Shown: in pieces, positions 1 to 13,719 of the stretch
Layout: each line of letters starts with the position of its first letter
Position numbering within the stretch: position 1 is the stretch's first letter
From: Octopus sinensis
Lineage: Eukaryota
DNA length: 64,000 nt
Assembly: GCF_006345805.1 (NCBI RefSeq)
Contig: NC_043004.1
Span: 72,106,001 to 72,170,000 of the forward strand
Direction of reading: 5' to 3'
The notes under the pieces: model-generated
Told to the model about the DNA's origin: nothing
The model's input: only the letters and a program-made list of their open reading frames with translations
The model's database searches: none
Translations under genes and position numbers: made by a program

Positions 1-1055
1 ATCATGGCTAGATCCTAACGCAGAAGTCAGAGTAAGAAATATTGTAAAGAGGTTTGTTCCCAAATTGGAATAGTAATTTAAGAAGTCCATACCTTTCTCG
101 GAGTACGTTATCAATGTTTACACTAATCCAAAATACAAGCTTAATCAGCTTCATTTCATGAAAATTCTAACCTCTTACAATAATCTTTTATCTCTGTCCA
201 CTCCCCTTTCAACATCATTAATAATGATTGGTCTAGTGCAAAATAAAAACAAATAAACAAAGTGACAGCTATCAATATACTGCGAAGTTAAAATCCATTT
301 CTTTTGTTCATCAAATGTGTAAATATATGTGACTTGTTTCAAGCAGTTTATTTGCGTAGGTCGATGGATAGAAGTGGACATTGATTGGAAAACGAAGCCT
401 ATGACATAACTGACAACATACTTATAATCCTGATCACAAAACACTCGAGATAGAAAGAAAAAGACTAAAATAGCCTAACGGCAACCTCTAGTGTTAGAGG
501 GAAGGTAATTTCATTTTGCCCACATATATTTACAAAGGTGGACAAGAATTGACGATATTGTTTTAAGGACATCTTTTTTGAAGGCAGTATTAAATCAACT
601 GGTTTGATCGACCTGTGTCAGAACGACGATAAAATACCAAATAACCCCGTTTACCGAAACTGGAAAAAAAAAAGAGAAGCATCAAGTGGCAGAAGATCTT
701 TCCAGTGAGACACCTCTGTTTCGGCGAATTTCAAGTCGAAGTGAATATTACAAGGCAACTCTGTAACAGTCATGAATGTTAAAGGTAAGAGAATTAATGT
801 TATTAGGAATTGAATGAGAGAAATAACCACAATTGTTTCTATAATTCTCTGTTAAAAAACACTATCACTGATTTGTGCTTTCATAACATTTGTTTTGCTA
901 TTACCATTTCCCATCTAGAAAGACAGAGGAAGAGAAGACAGTGGCTTTGTAGAAGTTATACACCGACTGATAACATCTTTTATAATTTTACGTTCTGGTT
1001 TCAAATTCCACAGAGTTTTCTGTTCATCTACCCGTCTATTATGTGACCATTATCT
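1..1055 (+). repeat. Duplicated upstream/exon 1/intron 1 block, copy A
   Basis: Aligns by eye to about 51500-51708 plus about 55478-56329. Confidence 0.93.
772..784 (+). CDS. Gene A coding exon 1 (MNVK-G), PAN/apple-like domain secreted protein
   Basis: gtcATGAATGTTAAAG|GTAAGA: ATG followed by a consensus phase-1 donor. Conserved in the paralog at 56046-56058. The phase matches the acceptor at 3684. Confidence 0.75.
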
Positions 1056-2129
1056 CTGATAGAAATCATTTTTCTTTTTAGATAGACAGCAATAAATGCG
1101 CAAATCATTCGAACTAAATGCCACTATCTAATCTATATTCGACTTCCCCTCTCGCATATAATATACTGAAATTCGATCCAAATGATTATATAATTTTTGC
1201 TTTACAAAACCGCGTCTTTGTACATTTCTAAGAAAGTATTATCATTTCTAGTTAAAGAATTTTATTTAAACCTATTGAATGGAACACTTGATTTCAGCAT
1301 AACAACAATATAACGTTATTGAATTAGCTTTCTTCTAAATTCTTAAGACAGGGAGCGGTTGGGTAAAATATTTCTTCTGAACACTGTAACACGCGGTCTA
1401 CATCTGGATATGAACCTATGCGGTTTTACAATTATTATTCAGTCTCATACTTCAGATTAAACATTTCTAAATTTTGACACTTCTTGTTTCTGCAAATGCA
1501 ACTTTTCACTACGACTACAATTAGAATATTAGCTGTACTAGGACTGGATCCCAACATTGTGGAAGGCCTTCAAAAACACGAAGATATACCACACATGTGT
1601 TTCATTGACTTAACATTTGCTTTGATATTCAACCCTAGAAACTGAGAGGAATTACGTAAAGTGAAACACAGCAAGTAATTTGTCTCTAAGAATGAAATAT
1701 TGTTTCCTCAGATAATTCGTTCCGTGCATTGCAGGCATGGGAAGTGAATGGGACATTCCTGTATTCTTTAGTATCTTGTCAGTTATAAATTATCCTCCAA
1801 AAGTATCGGAAAGGTTTTTGTTAGAACCCTTTGGTATGTTATCATAAGAAATGTTGAATGCGGATATCATTTTTTTTCTTCAGAATTTCGACTTTTTATT
1901 TATGAACGATATTGTAAATGATCCCTTTCTATCGATGTAATCGATGGTTGCCTTTTTCTTGTACATATTTGTAGGTTCATTTATTTGCATGTTCCATTAG
2001 AGCTGTGAAATGAATTCTGAATTTATTCATTTCTCTTTCACTTCGAAGTTTTCGGTGCGTAAATGCCGTGAAACAATTTTCTCATTTTTTGACGCAAAAG
2101 AAAATATTTTTTGTGAATCTTCATCGGCA

Positions 2130-3290
2130 AGCACAACAACAAATTACCATGGTAAAACGATGGCAAGAAAAGCCCTTAAATGGTACATGTTGGGATAAGA
2201 TAAGCAGAAATAAGATGAACAGAAAAGAAATAGACAATCTTTGAGAAGCTCAGGACTCAAAGCAGAGACAGAGAGTTTTAATTGTAACACAGAATGGAAA
2301 CCTTGCAACCAGAAACATAACGAATAGAAATACAAGTAACTGCAGATTATATGGTGATAAGGAAGAAACAATAAATCATATTGTCTCCGGCTTCCCAGTC
2401 TTGGCTAAAAAGGATTATAACCATCTACATGACAAAACTGGGAAGCGATGCCAACACAATGGAATGACATCAGAAAAAAAGACGGCATAGGAACATCCCA
2501 GAAAAGGTATCAGAAAAGGACAAAGCAACTGTACACCAGGATATGCCAAAAAAAGCCGGATATAGTTGTCAGAGATGATCAAAACAAAGGTATCTTCTAT
2601 TCAATGTATCAATATAGATGGCAATGTATTTCTCAAAAAACGTAGAAACTCTCAAAATACAAAAATCTGGAAATGGAGATAACCCGAATGAGGAGCCTAA
2701 ACATAGAAAAAAAATAATAATAGGTGCATTAAGTATGATTAAAAAACATTCAGGCAATTATATCAGTAAAACGCCAGGGCTTTCGAAAATAGCTACAGGG
2801 AATATCAATACTAAGCACCGCACACATCCTACGTAAAAAAATGTTCAATACATTGGAAATAACAGCACCAAAACAAACCACAATGCATAACCTAAGAACA
2901 CAGAGCTGCACTTGGTAGTGCAGTGAATGCACGTAATATAAAAATAAGACTACTAAATAATAATAATTCCATGTAGCTACAACTGGAGTTACTGGAAAAC
3001 ATAAGTGGGACTGGCTGAAGAAAGGAACACTAAATATAAAAGAGACCGAAAGCACAATACGGCCAGCGCTAGTCCAAGCTTTGGCCGCGAACTGGAGGGA
3101 CAACCTTAGGAATGATGAAATGTCTGAGCTGTGAAACATCTGTGATAGTGTGCATGAAGCCATTGTATAAATCACAAACGAATGCCTTAGACTTGCCAAA
3201 AACTACTACAAGCTGTGGTGACACGATCAAATAGCGAAAGTGCTACATTGCAAAATGTGCGGAAAATTTGGGCTAGATGTGTTTTTCACC
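2130..3290 (+). mobile_element. Degraded R4/Dong-like (restriction-like endonuclease) non-LTR retrotransposon C-terminal fragments
   Basis: CRLYGDKEETINHIVSG CCHC-like knuckle, HD and KPDIVV motifs, IIIGAL, (TAA)n tail near 2955; a second fragment follows. Confidence 0.6.
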
Positions 3291-3467
3291 CGCAATAACA
3301 GAGCGCAATATTTTTCCTATTCTTCCAAGCTCTGACGAGAATATAGTATTAGTTAGTCGTGCCGGATTCTAGTGCGAAACCAATTTATTGGTGGTAATGA
3401 ATATATCACACTGTATACTTTGATTAATATACCACTATAGATAGATATTTTTCTAGAAAAATTTCTG

Positions 3468-3512
<45 letters not shown>

Positions 3513-3683
3513 CTCTCTCTTTCTGCATATATATATATATATATAAGGCAATAAGGTTCAAAAATAGTTTAATGTTCTTCGTCATTTTTCTTCGTTCTGC
3601 GGAGAAATGGCTAAAATTTACCCTGTTTATGATTATACCATATGTTACGTATATATATATATATATGTCTGTATGTTTTTCAG

Positions 3684-4013
3684 GAATGGAAACATTAATC
3701 CAACTTCATTTAAGCATGAAATTGCTGCTAACTTTTACACTAATATTTTTGGTCACTCCTATAAGTTGCAACGCAGAGTATAAAAAAAGTCATTTCAAAA
3801 GACTTACTAAATCAAAATGCTTATCAGACTCAAACAGCATAACTGAGAAGATGGCATCTCGTACCCAGTGTTCAATTCGCTGTTTATCAAACGCTAACTG
3901 TGGATATTTCAGCTATTGTAATGACGTATGTCACATGCAGCGACCGTTTTACCGCGAAGTACTTGAAGATTATGATTGCGACTGTTCATCGTATATCTTG
4001 CTCAATGAAAACA
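3684..4013 (+). CDS. Gene A exon 2: signal peptide plus PAN/apple-like Cys-rich domain
   Basis: ttttcAG acceptor and A|GTAAGT donor; 330 nt open. Hydrophobic MKLLLTFTLIFLVTPISCNA followed by C-x3-C-x5-C-x5-C-x3-C (CSIRCLSNANCGYFSYCNDVC). Same length and boundaries as the paralog exon. Confidence 0.88.
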
Positions 4014-4083
4014 GTAAGTAAATCATATTTTCCTCGTCTTTTGTAATGTTTGTCTTATATTTCCATCATTTATCTAAGGTTAT

Positions 4084-4138
<55 letters not shown>

Positions 4139-4158
4139 CATATGTATATATACATACA

Positions 4159-4788
4159 CTAGCAGTATCGCCCGGCGTTGCTCGGGTTTGTAAGGGAAAT
4201 AACTATATAAGCATTTTTAGAGAGTTATAGCCAAAAAAATAGCCAAAAATACATTAAAAATGGAAATAATATGATGGTAATTTTTTTTTTAAATCGATGA
4301 CTCATCGTAGACATTTTTAGAGAGTTACTTCCCTTATATAATAGCGAAAAAATGCATTAAAATGGAAAAAAAACGATGGTAATTTTTTTTTTAAATCGTA
4401 GACTCATGTAGACGCTTTCTTAGCCATTTCTGTTTTGGTGTCTTCAAGTCGTTGTTCTAAAAGAACGCTGGTCTCCTTGACAACGCATTACGACGTTGAT
4501 TTCCTTACACTCCCTTCCCCACAGGTGCAGGTGTGAGCGTGGACGCCAACTCCGCCGCCATCGACACACGAAAAATTATGCATTAAAATGGAATAAAAAA
4601 TGATGTTAAATTATTTTTAAAATCGTAGACTCATCGTAGACGCGCGCTAATACACACACGGACTCGATATGAATCACGACTATAAGCTACCCGAATTTGG
4701 TTAAACTGCACCGCAAAATGTGGGAGTAGTTAGGAATCTAAATCGAAGGGGACAGACACTCACACAACTACAGTTTTATATATATAGA
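4159..4788 (-). mobile_element. Non-autonomous Helitron-like element
   Basis: On the minus strand: 5' TC start, 3' hairpin CCCGAGCAACGCCGGG then CTAG, inserted between A and T; internal direct repeats. Confidence 0.65.
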
Positions 4789-4794
4789 TATACA

Positions 4795-5400
4795 TAGCGC
4801 AGTAGTGGTGAGATGTGACAGCAAAGAAAAGCATACATTCACTCTCTGCATGCAATTAGACTCGGAAAGTTCGTGAGGAACCCATTGACCCAATTTGCTG
4901 ACTTTTCCGATAGCACACAGTTCTCAATGAATGGTTGAATGACCAAATCCAAGCTTCTCTGCTAGTTCCTCAACAGTTACGATGAGATTTTGTTCCACCA
5001 GGGTTTTCAGGATGTCCTTCTCGAGTTCTACAGATCTTTCAGGATGAGGCTCGTCTTCTAGGCTGTAGTTTATGGCTCGGAATTTCTGGAACCACCATTG
5101 ACACTGCCTTACGCTTATTGTCCAATCCCCATATACTGCATTAATATTTCTTGTACTTTCCGTTGCGTTGTTGTCTTTATTGAACTCATAAAGCAAAATA
5201 TGCCAAATATGCTCCTTTGTTACTTCCAATATAGCTTTGAAAAAAATAGCTGTTAAAATCGAAATGCACACTTCAAAACTTGCAGTATGAATAAGGACAA
5301 GATAAAATTACTACCTGCTTTTATAGCAAGTTAATATAAGTGGTTTATCCCATTCCCCTCTGACTTTTAGTTCAAGCTGTTGAAAAAACCGCATTATTAT
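4795..5400 (-). mobile_element. Mariner 5' fragment (HTH region)
   Basis: EHIWHILLYEFNK...WFQKFR...SLEDEPHPER, and QWVPHEL-like; same family as 57240-57705. Confidence 0.8.
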
Positions 5401-5407
5401 ATATATA

Positions 5408-5439
<32 letters not shown>

Positions 5440-6302
5440 CACACACACTCTCTCTCTCACACACATGCACACATTTATATTCTGTTATTCTTTTATATGT
5501 TTCAGCCTTGAGGTTGTGGCCATGCTGGATCATGTGTGTGTGTATGTGTGTGTGTGTGTGTGTGTCTATCTGTCTGTCTGTCTGTATGTATATATGTATA
5601 TGTATGTGTGTGAACAATAATATTTTCAACAGATGTGTTGCAAATGTATCTGATTGTTCTCAAGCTTCAATACTGTGTGTGTGTGTATGTGTGTGTGTGT
5701 ATGTATGTATGTATGTATGTATGTATGTATGTATATGTATGTATGTATGTATGTGTGTATGTGTGTGTATGTATGTGTGTGTGTATGTATGTGTGTGTAT
5801 GTATGTATGTATGTATGTATGTATGTATGTATGTATGTATGTATGAGTGTATGTTTACTTTATTACTAACACAAGCCACTACGGTTATTTAATGTAAGGT
5901 CCTCCTCAAATTACTCTCTGTCGCTATTTACTCTCTTCCAAGAACATTTTCACTCACTCTTATGTGTTAGCTTCCCATACATTTTACTCATGTATCTATC
6001 AGCGTCATTGACAGAAACAAATATTACATCTAGTTTCACTTTATTCGTTGCCCACTGTGTGTGTGCGTTTGCGTGTGGTGTAAACCAGACTAAGAAAAGC
6101 ATTTGACACACACACCAGAATGTGAGTTTTCTGTAAATTTTGCTTAATTGGAGTTTAAATTTTAAAAACTGGACCTGGCATGACGCGATGCATTGTACTC
6201 TTAAAAATGCTAGGTAAATTGTAATTGAAGAAATCCTATATTGTAGATTTGTATAACTCCCAAAGGGAGGCAGATAATAAGAGATACACGCACGCACGCA
6301 CG

Positions 6303-6337
<35 letters not shown>

Positions 6338-7192
6338 TTGCATCTGTGTGTGTGTGTAAATATAATATGTGACAGTTATTCGGTAGCCAAGATAAAACTC
6401 CTAGTTATTCCGGCCATCGGAAAAATGCTATGGAAAATGACCGTTATACAAAGGGAAATTACTCTGTGATTGACCGTTAATAAAACAAAAGAGGTATTTG
6501 AATGACTGCTAAATGACGGAAGAGAATAACAGTAAGGGGGTAAAGAGTTCATAGTATTCGTGTAAGTGCGCATGTTCATACCTAACCATGCGCGCTCGCA
6601 CACCCGAGTGCATGCGCCTAAAAGTATTCATTCATCTAAGGAGTGTACAAAGAGTAAGCTATGTCTATATACGCACATACCCGTATGCCCGCACACACAC
6701 ACGCCTATATACGCACATACCCGCACACGTCTTATACGCACACACACACGCACAAAAAAGATCAAACATACGTTTATACACAAGAAAAAACAGGGTTAAA
6801 GGCAAAAATACAGGAAAATAAGTAATAACACTGAGTAAAACACGTCTATATAGGCACATACTCGCATGCACGCACACATGCACACATCTATATACGCACA
6901 AACACACGTACACACACACACATACACGCGCACAAAAAATCCATATACACGTCTATATACACACAGGGAAAAATGCAGGGTGGAAGGTCGAATACAGGAA
7001 AATGTTGTGTAAAGAATATATAAGCAATAAACCTATAAACCAATAACTCTATAAATATGTAAGAAGTATATGTATAAAAATATAAATAAAAATATATAAG
7101 AAATATAAGTAAAAAGTATAGAGATAAAAAGCTTGTGTGTGGACACATTATAGAAAGCAAGTTCTATCTGTAGTTTCGCGGGGACCAAAAAC

Positions 7193-7740
7193 CTAACATA
7201 TATTCGGCCACATATGGGTATGGCCGAAAAGTTCAGTTCTTGAATTCAGACATGTAGCGGGGTCTAAGCTACTTTTCCAATTGAGCCATATTTCCATATC
7301 ACATAGACCGCACTTTCCACTGCCTTTGGTGTAGGGCTTACACTTGGCTAAGATCTTCCAATGGATTTTGTAACTGACACCTTTATCTTTTAATGACCAT
7401 ATATAATTTGGTCGTTTTCCTTTTATCCCAGTACCTAAAGCCCAAGGTTTTATTACTGAACCTGCCCTTGAATTACCCTCTGTAAGGCCCACGTATTTCT
7501 TCGTTGAAACCGTGTCTTTAGTGGGTATAGAGTCCACGGTGGTTTCGTGAATGATGGTCTCGGACATGCAAGTTCCATTTAGCGGGCACAATTTTTTATC
7601 CCTACATGGTCCGAGACCATCATTTACGAAGCCTCCGTGCATTCTATACCCACTAAAAACACGGTTTCGACGAAGAAATACGTGGGCGTTACATTGCTTG
7701 GAAATGCAAGAATTCTTTGTAGGGTTTTTGAAGTATGATC
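7193..7740 (-). mobile_element. Penelope GIY-YIG endonuclease fragment
   Basis: CPLNGTC...KKYVGLTEG...YIWSLKDKG...CGLC...LNSRTEL. Confidence 0.7.
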
Positions 7741-8667
7741 AGTAAACAAGTGCTACCTTAGTATGCTGGCTGTGGGCAGCTGACACTTTCCATCATACCC
7801 AGCAAAATAAGCTGTGAGAGCTCATCAAATTATAATGATAATACTTGGGTGCAATTCCTGAACATTTAATGCATCGCTACGCGCGTTTCCACAAATCACA
7901 TTTCACCGAAGATCACAGTCCGTAGTACTCGTGGACATTGAGTTGATAATCTTCACGGATTCTTTTCTTTAGGCAACGTAACTTTACTGGATGTGCAACA
8001 GAGGGATGCTTATCCCTTTTTAACCAGTATGAAGTTTGAGTGAGATCAATTGTTGGTTTCGCCAATGTAATTCTCTTTGCAATTGGAGAATTTCATGCAG
8101 AATATTTTTTCCATTTTGGGGCATTGCGTATTGATAAAGTGATAAAGGAAATTTGTACATTTACAAATCAATTCCGATAAAGAAACTAGCTTTTCAGATC
8201 ACCAGAACACCATGGTTGCTCCGGCTTCAGAGCTCTTGATCTCATTGAGTTGAAGTATTTATTAAACTACGATGTTCTTGGGATCTAATGATAAAACATT
8301 TTATATCTCCATTGATTTGAAAATGCACAATTATACTGTGTAACATGCATCATGCTTATTGGTGCAGACATGTAAAATGATTTATTGCACACTGAAATTA
8401 TCATTTCATGATGAAGACTTCAAGACGGACGTAATTCTACCGTTGGCAAGTTGTTCAACAAATATATTCACCTGTCATACATCCAGGCTTTTTATGGTCT
8501 ACATACTCCACATGAAATAATTTAATAAACTCCTGGATTTCAACTGTATAGATCTTTACATTATTCTCCTCCGTATTGGGTCACCTGTGGTATGGTAGCC
8601 GGCTCCACTAGCGAAGCTTTCTGTGATTGCCACAGGATTCTATGAATTTATATATTGCTCTATGAAT

Positions 8668-8768
<101 letters not shown>

Positions 8769-8811
8769 ATGTATATATATATATATGTATATATATATAA
8801 AGTATGTATAA

Positions 8812-8854
<43 letters not shown>

Positions 8855-8862
8855 ATGTATAA

Positions 8863-8902
<40 letters not shown>

Positions 8903-9004
8903 CAAGGAAAAATTGTAAAAAGGCAGAATGCTAAATTGAAAAAAATTTTAATGAAAATGGGTGTATGGAAAAAGTTTTTGAAAAATTGATAAAATATACA
9001 TATG

Positions 9005-11685
9005 ATTTGATTTTGATTTTTCTAGTTTCAGCTAATGAGCTGTGGCCATGCTGGGGCACCGCCATTTGGTTTGCTACACGATTTTACCTCACGGATGCTT
9101 TTTAGCAAACGCCATCTGATGCATGAGAGAGTTCGATGCAGCTGCCCTCATCTGCACCTCCTGCCGTGAAGTTGGTTCATCCGCGACACCTGACAGGAAG
9201 AGATCCAGTCCTACTTTAAAGACATCCGCATCTACACCATGCAGGTCCCTCAGGTTCTTCGGGAGGATATTGAAGAGCTGTGGGCCTCTGACGCCCAGGC
9301 TGTCACAGTATCTTGTCCTACATCTTGATGGCAAATTTGGAGTCCTTGGTACTACGCAGTGGCGTCCGGTTCTGGCATTTGTGTGACTCTCGATGCCAAA
9401 GTTTGGGACAAGTCCTTCCAGGATCTTCCAGATATATATTATGGCATATCTTTCTCGCCTACGCTCCAGGGAAGAGAGCTTTAATATCTTGAGTCTTTCC
9501 CAGTAGCTCATATGCTGCACAGAGGCTATCTTCTTCGTGTAGCTTCGTTGGATCGCTTCAAGTTCTGTGATCAACTTGACACTGGTTGGTGACCATAGCT
9601 GAGGGCAATAGTCAAAGTGGCTTAGGACAAGTGTCTTCCAGAGGACAATCATGGTTTCTTGTTCTCTTGTTCTAAAGGTTCTAAGAATCCATCCAGCCAG
9701 CCGTCTACATTTCATTGTCAGTTTAGCAACATGTACATGAAAGGTCGCGTCATCACTCATGTGAATACCCAGGTCACGCACTGATTGTGCCTCTGGGATT
9801 GCAATCCCTCCGGGTCCAGTGTATTCATTGGGTATTGCATTCAGTTTTGCATGCTGATAGTATAAAGCTTGAAACTTTTCAGCATTGAACTGCATGCTAT
9901 TCTTTTCAGCCCACTTGTATATTTCGTCCAGCTCACATTGCAGGTGCTTAGTGTCTTCAGGGTTCTGTATTGCCTGTGAAACTTTTGTATCATCTGCATA
10001 ACTTGTGATCGTGGCTCTCTGCGTGGCTGAGGGCATGTCTGAGAGGGCCATTATGAACAGTAGTGGTCCCAAAACAGTGCCCTGCGGAACACCGCTCACT
10101 ATTTGCGTGTTAATGGAAGTGTTAATTGGCTGCTACCACCTGACTTCTATTCTTCAGAAAGTCATGAAGCCATTCTCCCAATTTTCCAACTATGCCAAGA
10201 TCACGCAGTTTGTGACATATCATTCCGTGATCGACTTTATCAAAGGCCTTTGCAAAGTCGAGATATATGACTTCCACATTTGAGTGGTTGAGCAGTTGTT
10301 TCAGCACCCAGTCATAGTGTTGTAGGAGCTGAGTTAAGCAGCTTCTTCCTGGTCGGAAACCATGTTGAGTGTCAGGCAGCAAGTCATTTTCTTCAAGGAA
10401 GGTGATTAGTTTCCTTCTGACTATTCGTTCCATGACCTTGCTGATGTGTGAGGTGAGAGAGATAGGTCTGTAGTTCTTGGCCTCCGCTCTGCTACCTCCT
10501 TTATGAATAGGGCATATTTTACCTTCCTTCAGTTTTCTTGGAAGTTTGCCATCTGCAAGGAAGCTCTGAAAGAGGAACTGCAGTGGTCTTGCTAGGACTC
10601 TCTTACATGCTTTTAGGAGGACTGCCGGGAATCCATCGGGGCCAATAGCTGAGTCTGTTTTCATTTCATCTATAGCCTTTATTGCATCGTCTTCCTTTAT
10701 ATCGATGTAATTTATCGTCGCCGCCTCTGATTTTATATCTGCAGTGGTAAAGAAGTCAGTTGGATTGCTGATTTGGAAATGCCCAAGGGGTAGAGTGAAA
10801 ACACTCTTGAATTGCTCATTCAGTATTTCACTTACCCTCATTGGTTTTCCTGTGAGTGTGCCATCCTTTTCAAGGAGTGGCCCTATCCTACAGTGCACCG
10901 TAGCTGTTTCTTTGGCATACCTGTAGAAAGCTCTGGGGTTAGTTTTTATGTTGTCTATAGCCCAGGCTTCTTTGTCTGCTCTTTCCTTTTCATGGGAGAG
11001 TTGCAGACATTTTTCAATTTCCAACAGTTTTATTTTCAGGCGGGACTTTTCACTGCTTTCAATTTGTTTGTTTAGGCGATTTGAAATTTTTGTACGCCGT
11101 CTCATTTAAATTTTCCTCTCTCTGGGGATTTTGTTCTTGTGTACAGTGGTCTTTCTCTCTGGGACACATTTGTAGCATATGGCTTGCATTACAGACATGA
11201 ATTGTTGAAGTTTCATGTCGATGTCCGGCGAGGCGAGACATTCAGGCCAGTTTTGTTTGAGGATCTCTTTCTCAATTTGTTTCCAGTTTGCCTTATTGAA
11301 GTTCAAGCTGGAAAGATTGTGAGAGCTTCTTGTAGGCTGCATGTCCATGCTTTCCTTTGGCCCGTACATAGTCAGCTCTACCATGTTGTGATCCGAGAGT
11401 AGTGTCGGTGTCACTTTCACATTATGGATGAGATCCATATTATTTGTGAAGCAGAGGTCCAGTGTGTTACCTGCCCTGGTTGGTTGGAGTATTACTTGCT
11501 CCATGTACAGGGTGTTGATGAGGTTCAGGAGGGACCTCGCCTGTCCCCGTTCACCTCGTGTCATTCCTGGGAGAGAAAGGCCCTCGGGCCATCTGACATT
11601 GGGTAGGTTGAAGTCTCTCATGAGAAGTACACTTATGTGCTGTTCTAGTGTGACTAGAACTTCTTCTATTTTTATAAGGCAGTTT
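9005..11685 (-). mobile_element. 5'-truncated CR1/L2/Jockey-group LINE ORF2 (APE endonuclease C-terminus plus RT), lightly disrupted
   Basis: DFNLP, LDLCFTN, SDH, GPDG, NYRPISLTS, QHGFR, LDFAKAFD, GVPQGTVLGP and YADD motifs. Stop near 11106, frameshift near 10110; 3' tail (AAATC)n. Confidence 0.93.
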
Positions 11686-12299
11686 CAAACTTGCCCATAT
11701 GGCTTATATATATTATATATTAATTTAATATATATTAATTTAAACCGGTTTCGTCATAATGTGACTTTTCAAGAATTGTAAAGAAAAATTTTTTTTTTTT
11801 AATGTGAGGCGGTGGAAAAAAGAAAATTACATTGTTTTTTGCAAAAAAATAATAATAAATATATACAAAATTAAAAAATAGGTACTCCGATACATTGTAA
11901 AGTCTTTGTATATCTTGAGTTTAATGATTGTTCACGAAAAATTACCTTGAAGTATTGAGATCCAATGGGATTAAATCCATGTGTTGTTTAATTTAATTAA
12001 GGGTGTCTCTAAGTGGATGGCAAAACAGGAAGAAGTAGTAGTAGTCCAGTTTGTGTGTTGTGAATAAGGGAAACAACTCTTTTGGTTTTTAAGCTCTTCC
12101 ATTTGTGTTTGTCAATTTTTTGTAATAAAGGGTGTTAATAAACCTTAAATTATAAAATTATCATTTTAGCTTCATTTGCATTATCTTTTTTATATAATTG
12201 TTTGCTAACTTAACATTCAGATTTTAACACTTTATTTATATTATCTTCTAATTATATAAATTTGCATAAACCAATTTATAATTACATTTCAGATTGATA

Positions 12300-13590
12300 C
12301 GAGGGGCGTTCAATAAGTAATGCCCCTGACCCACTTCCCATACCAGTAGAGCAACGGAACTTGGCACAGTTATTGGTCTTTTTCTACATAGGAACCACTC
12401 AGAGTTACGCATTTCTCCCATCGTTTGATCCAGCTCTGGAGACCGTTTTTGTAAAAGACCCCAGCTTGGTCCTCCATCCACGACGTGACTTTAGAAATCA
12501 AGGCTGCATCATCTGGGAAATGCTTTCCTTTCAAAAACAACTTCATGGCTGGGAAGAGGTGAAAATCAGAGGGTGCAAGGTCAGGAGAGTTGGGGGAATG
12601 GGGGAGGAGTTCATAGCCGCACGCCTATGCTTCTGATCTGGCGACACGCAAGTTGTGGACCGGAGCGTTGTCCTGCAGGAGGAGGATGCCTTCGCTGATC
12701 TTGCCCCACCTCTTGATTTTGATAGCTTCTCTTAATTTCCTCAAAAGTGAAGCATAATAGGCTCCTGTAATTGTGGTACCCTTTGCCAGGAAATCTGTCA
12801 TCACTACTCCGTCCTGGTCCCAGAAGACTGTGAGCATGACCTTGCCAGCAGAGGGCTGCGCCCTTGTCTTCTTTGGAGGAGGTGAGTCACGGTGCTTCCA
12901 CTGCATTGACTGGGCCTTGGTCTCTGGATCATCGTGATGGACCCAGGTTTCATCCTGTGTAATCAGTCTTTTGAAAAAGTTTGACTCATCTTCTTGGTAC
13001 GTCTCCAAATTCATCCTCGAGCACTCGACGCGTTCTTGCTTCTGGAAAGGTGTGAGCAACCTGGGAATCCCTCTGGCAGACACCTTTTACATATGAAAAT
13101 GGTCATGAATGATAGTTTCCACTGACCCGGTACTAATCTTGACCTCATGGGCTATTTGGCGAATAGTTATGCGTCGATCTTCCAAAATGGCAGCCTCAAC
13201 TTGACGGACAGATGCCTCATCAATGGCAGAAGGGGGCGACCAGATCTGGGAGCTGTTTCCAAAGAGTTCTGACCATGTTTGAATTCACGATGCCAGCGTT
13301 TTACAAGTCATATGATGGGACATCATCACCATAAGTTACTTTCATTTCATCAAAAGTCTCCCATGGTGTGCGTCCTTTCAAATACAAAAACCGGATCACT
13401 GCTCGACACTCAACAGGCTCCATTTCACACTTGACTCAGTTCAAACACCTGTAAATCAGAAACCATAATTAGTTCAGAGCTGTAATTTGCCACCTAATCT
13501 ATAGAGATATAGATAATTGCACATGCAAAATTTCAGCTAGATCAAACGCCAGGAAGTGGGTCAGAGGCATTACTTATTGAACGTCCCTCG
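12300..13590 (-). mobile_element. Full-length mariner (DD34D) with frameshifted transposase
   Basis: About 39-bp TIRs CGAGGGGCGTTCAATAAGTAATGCCCCTGACCCACTTCC, TA on both sides, 1291 bp. ATG at 13423; ITQDETW, LLQDNAP and SPDLAPSDF motifs. Confidence 0.95.
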
Positions 13591-13719
13591 TATGTCATAT
13601 ATAATAAAAATGATAGTAATAATAACAACAATAATATTTAAAGAATATAAGTCTTAGCTTGAAGTGATGACTGCATGGTATCCTTATATATTTGTGTTAG
13701 ACCATCGATGAAGAATGAG

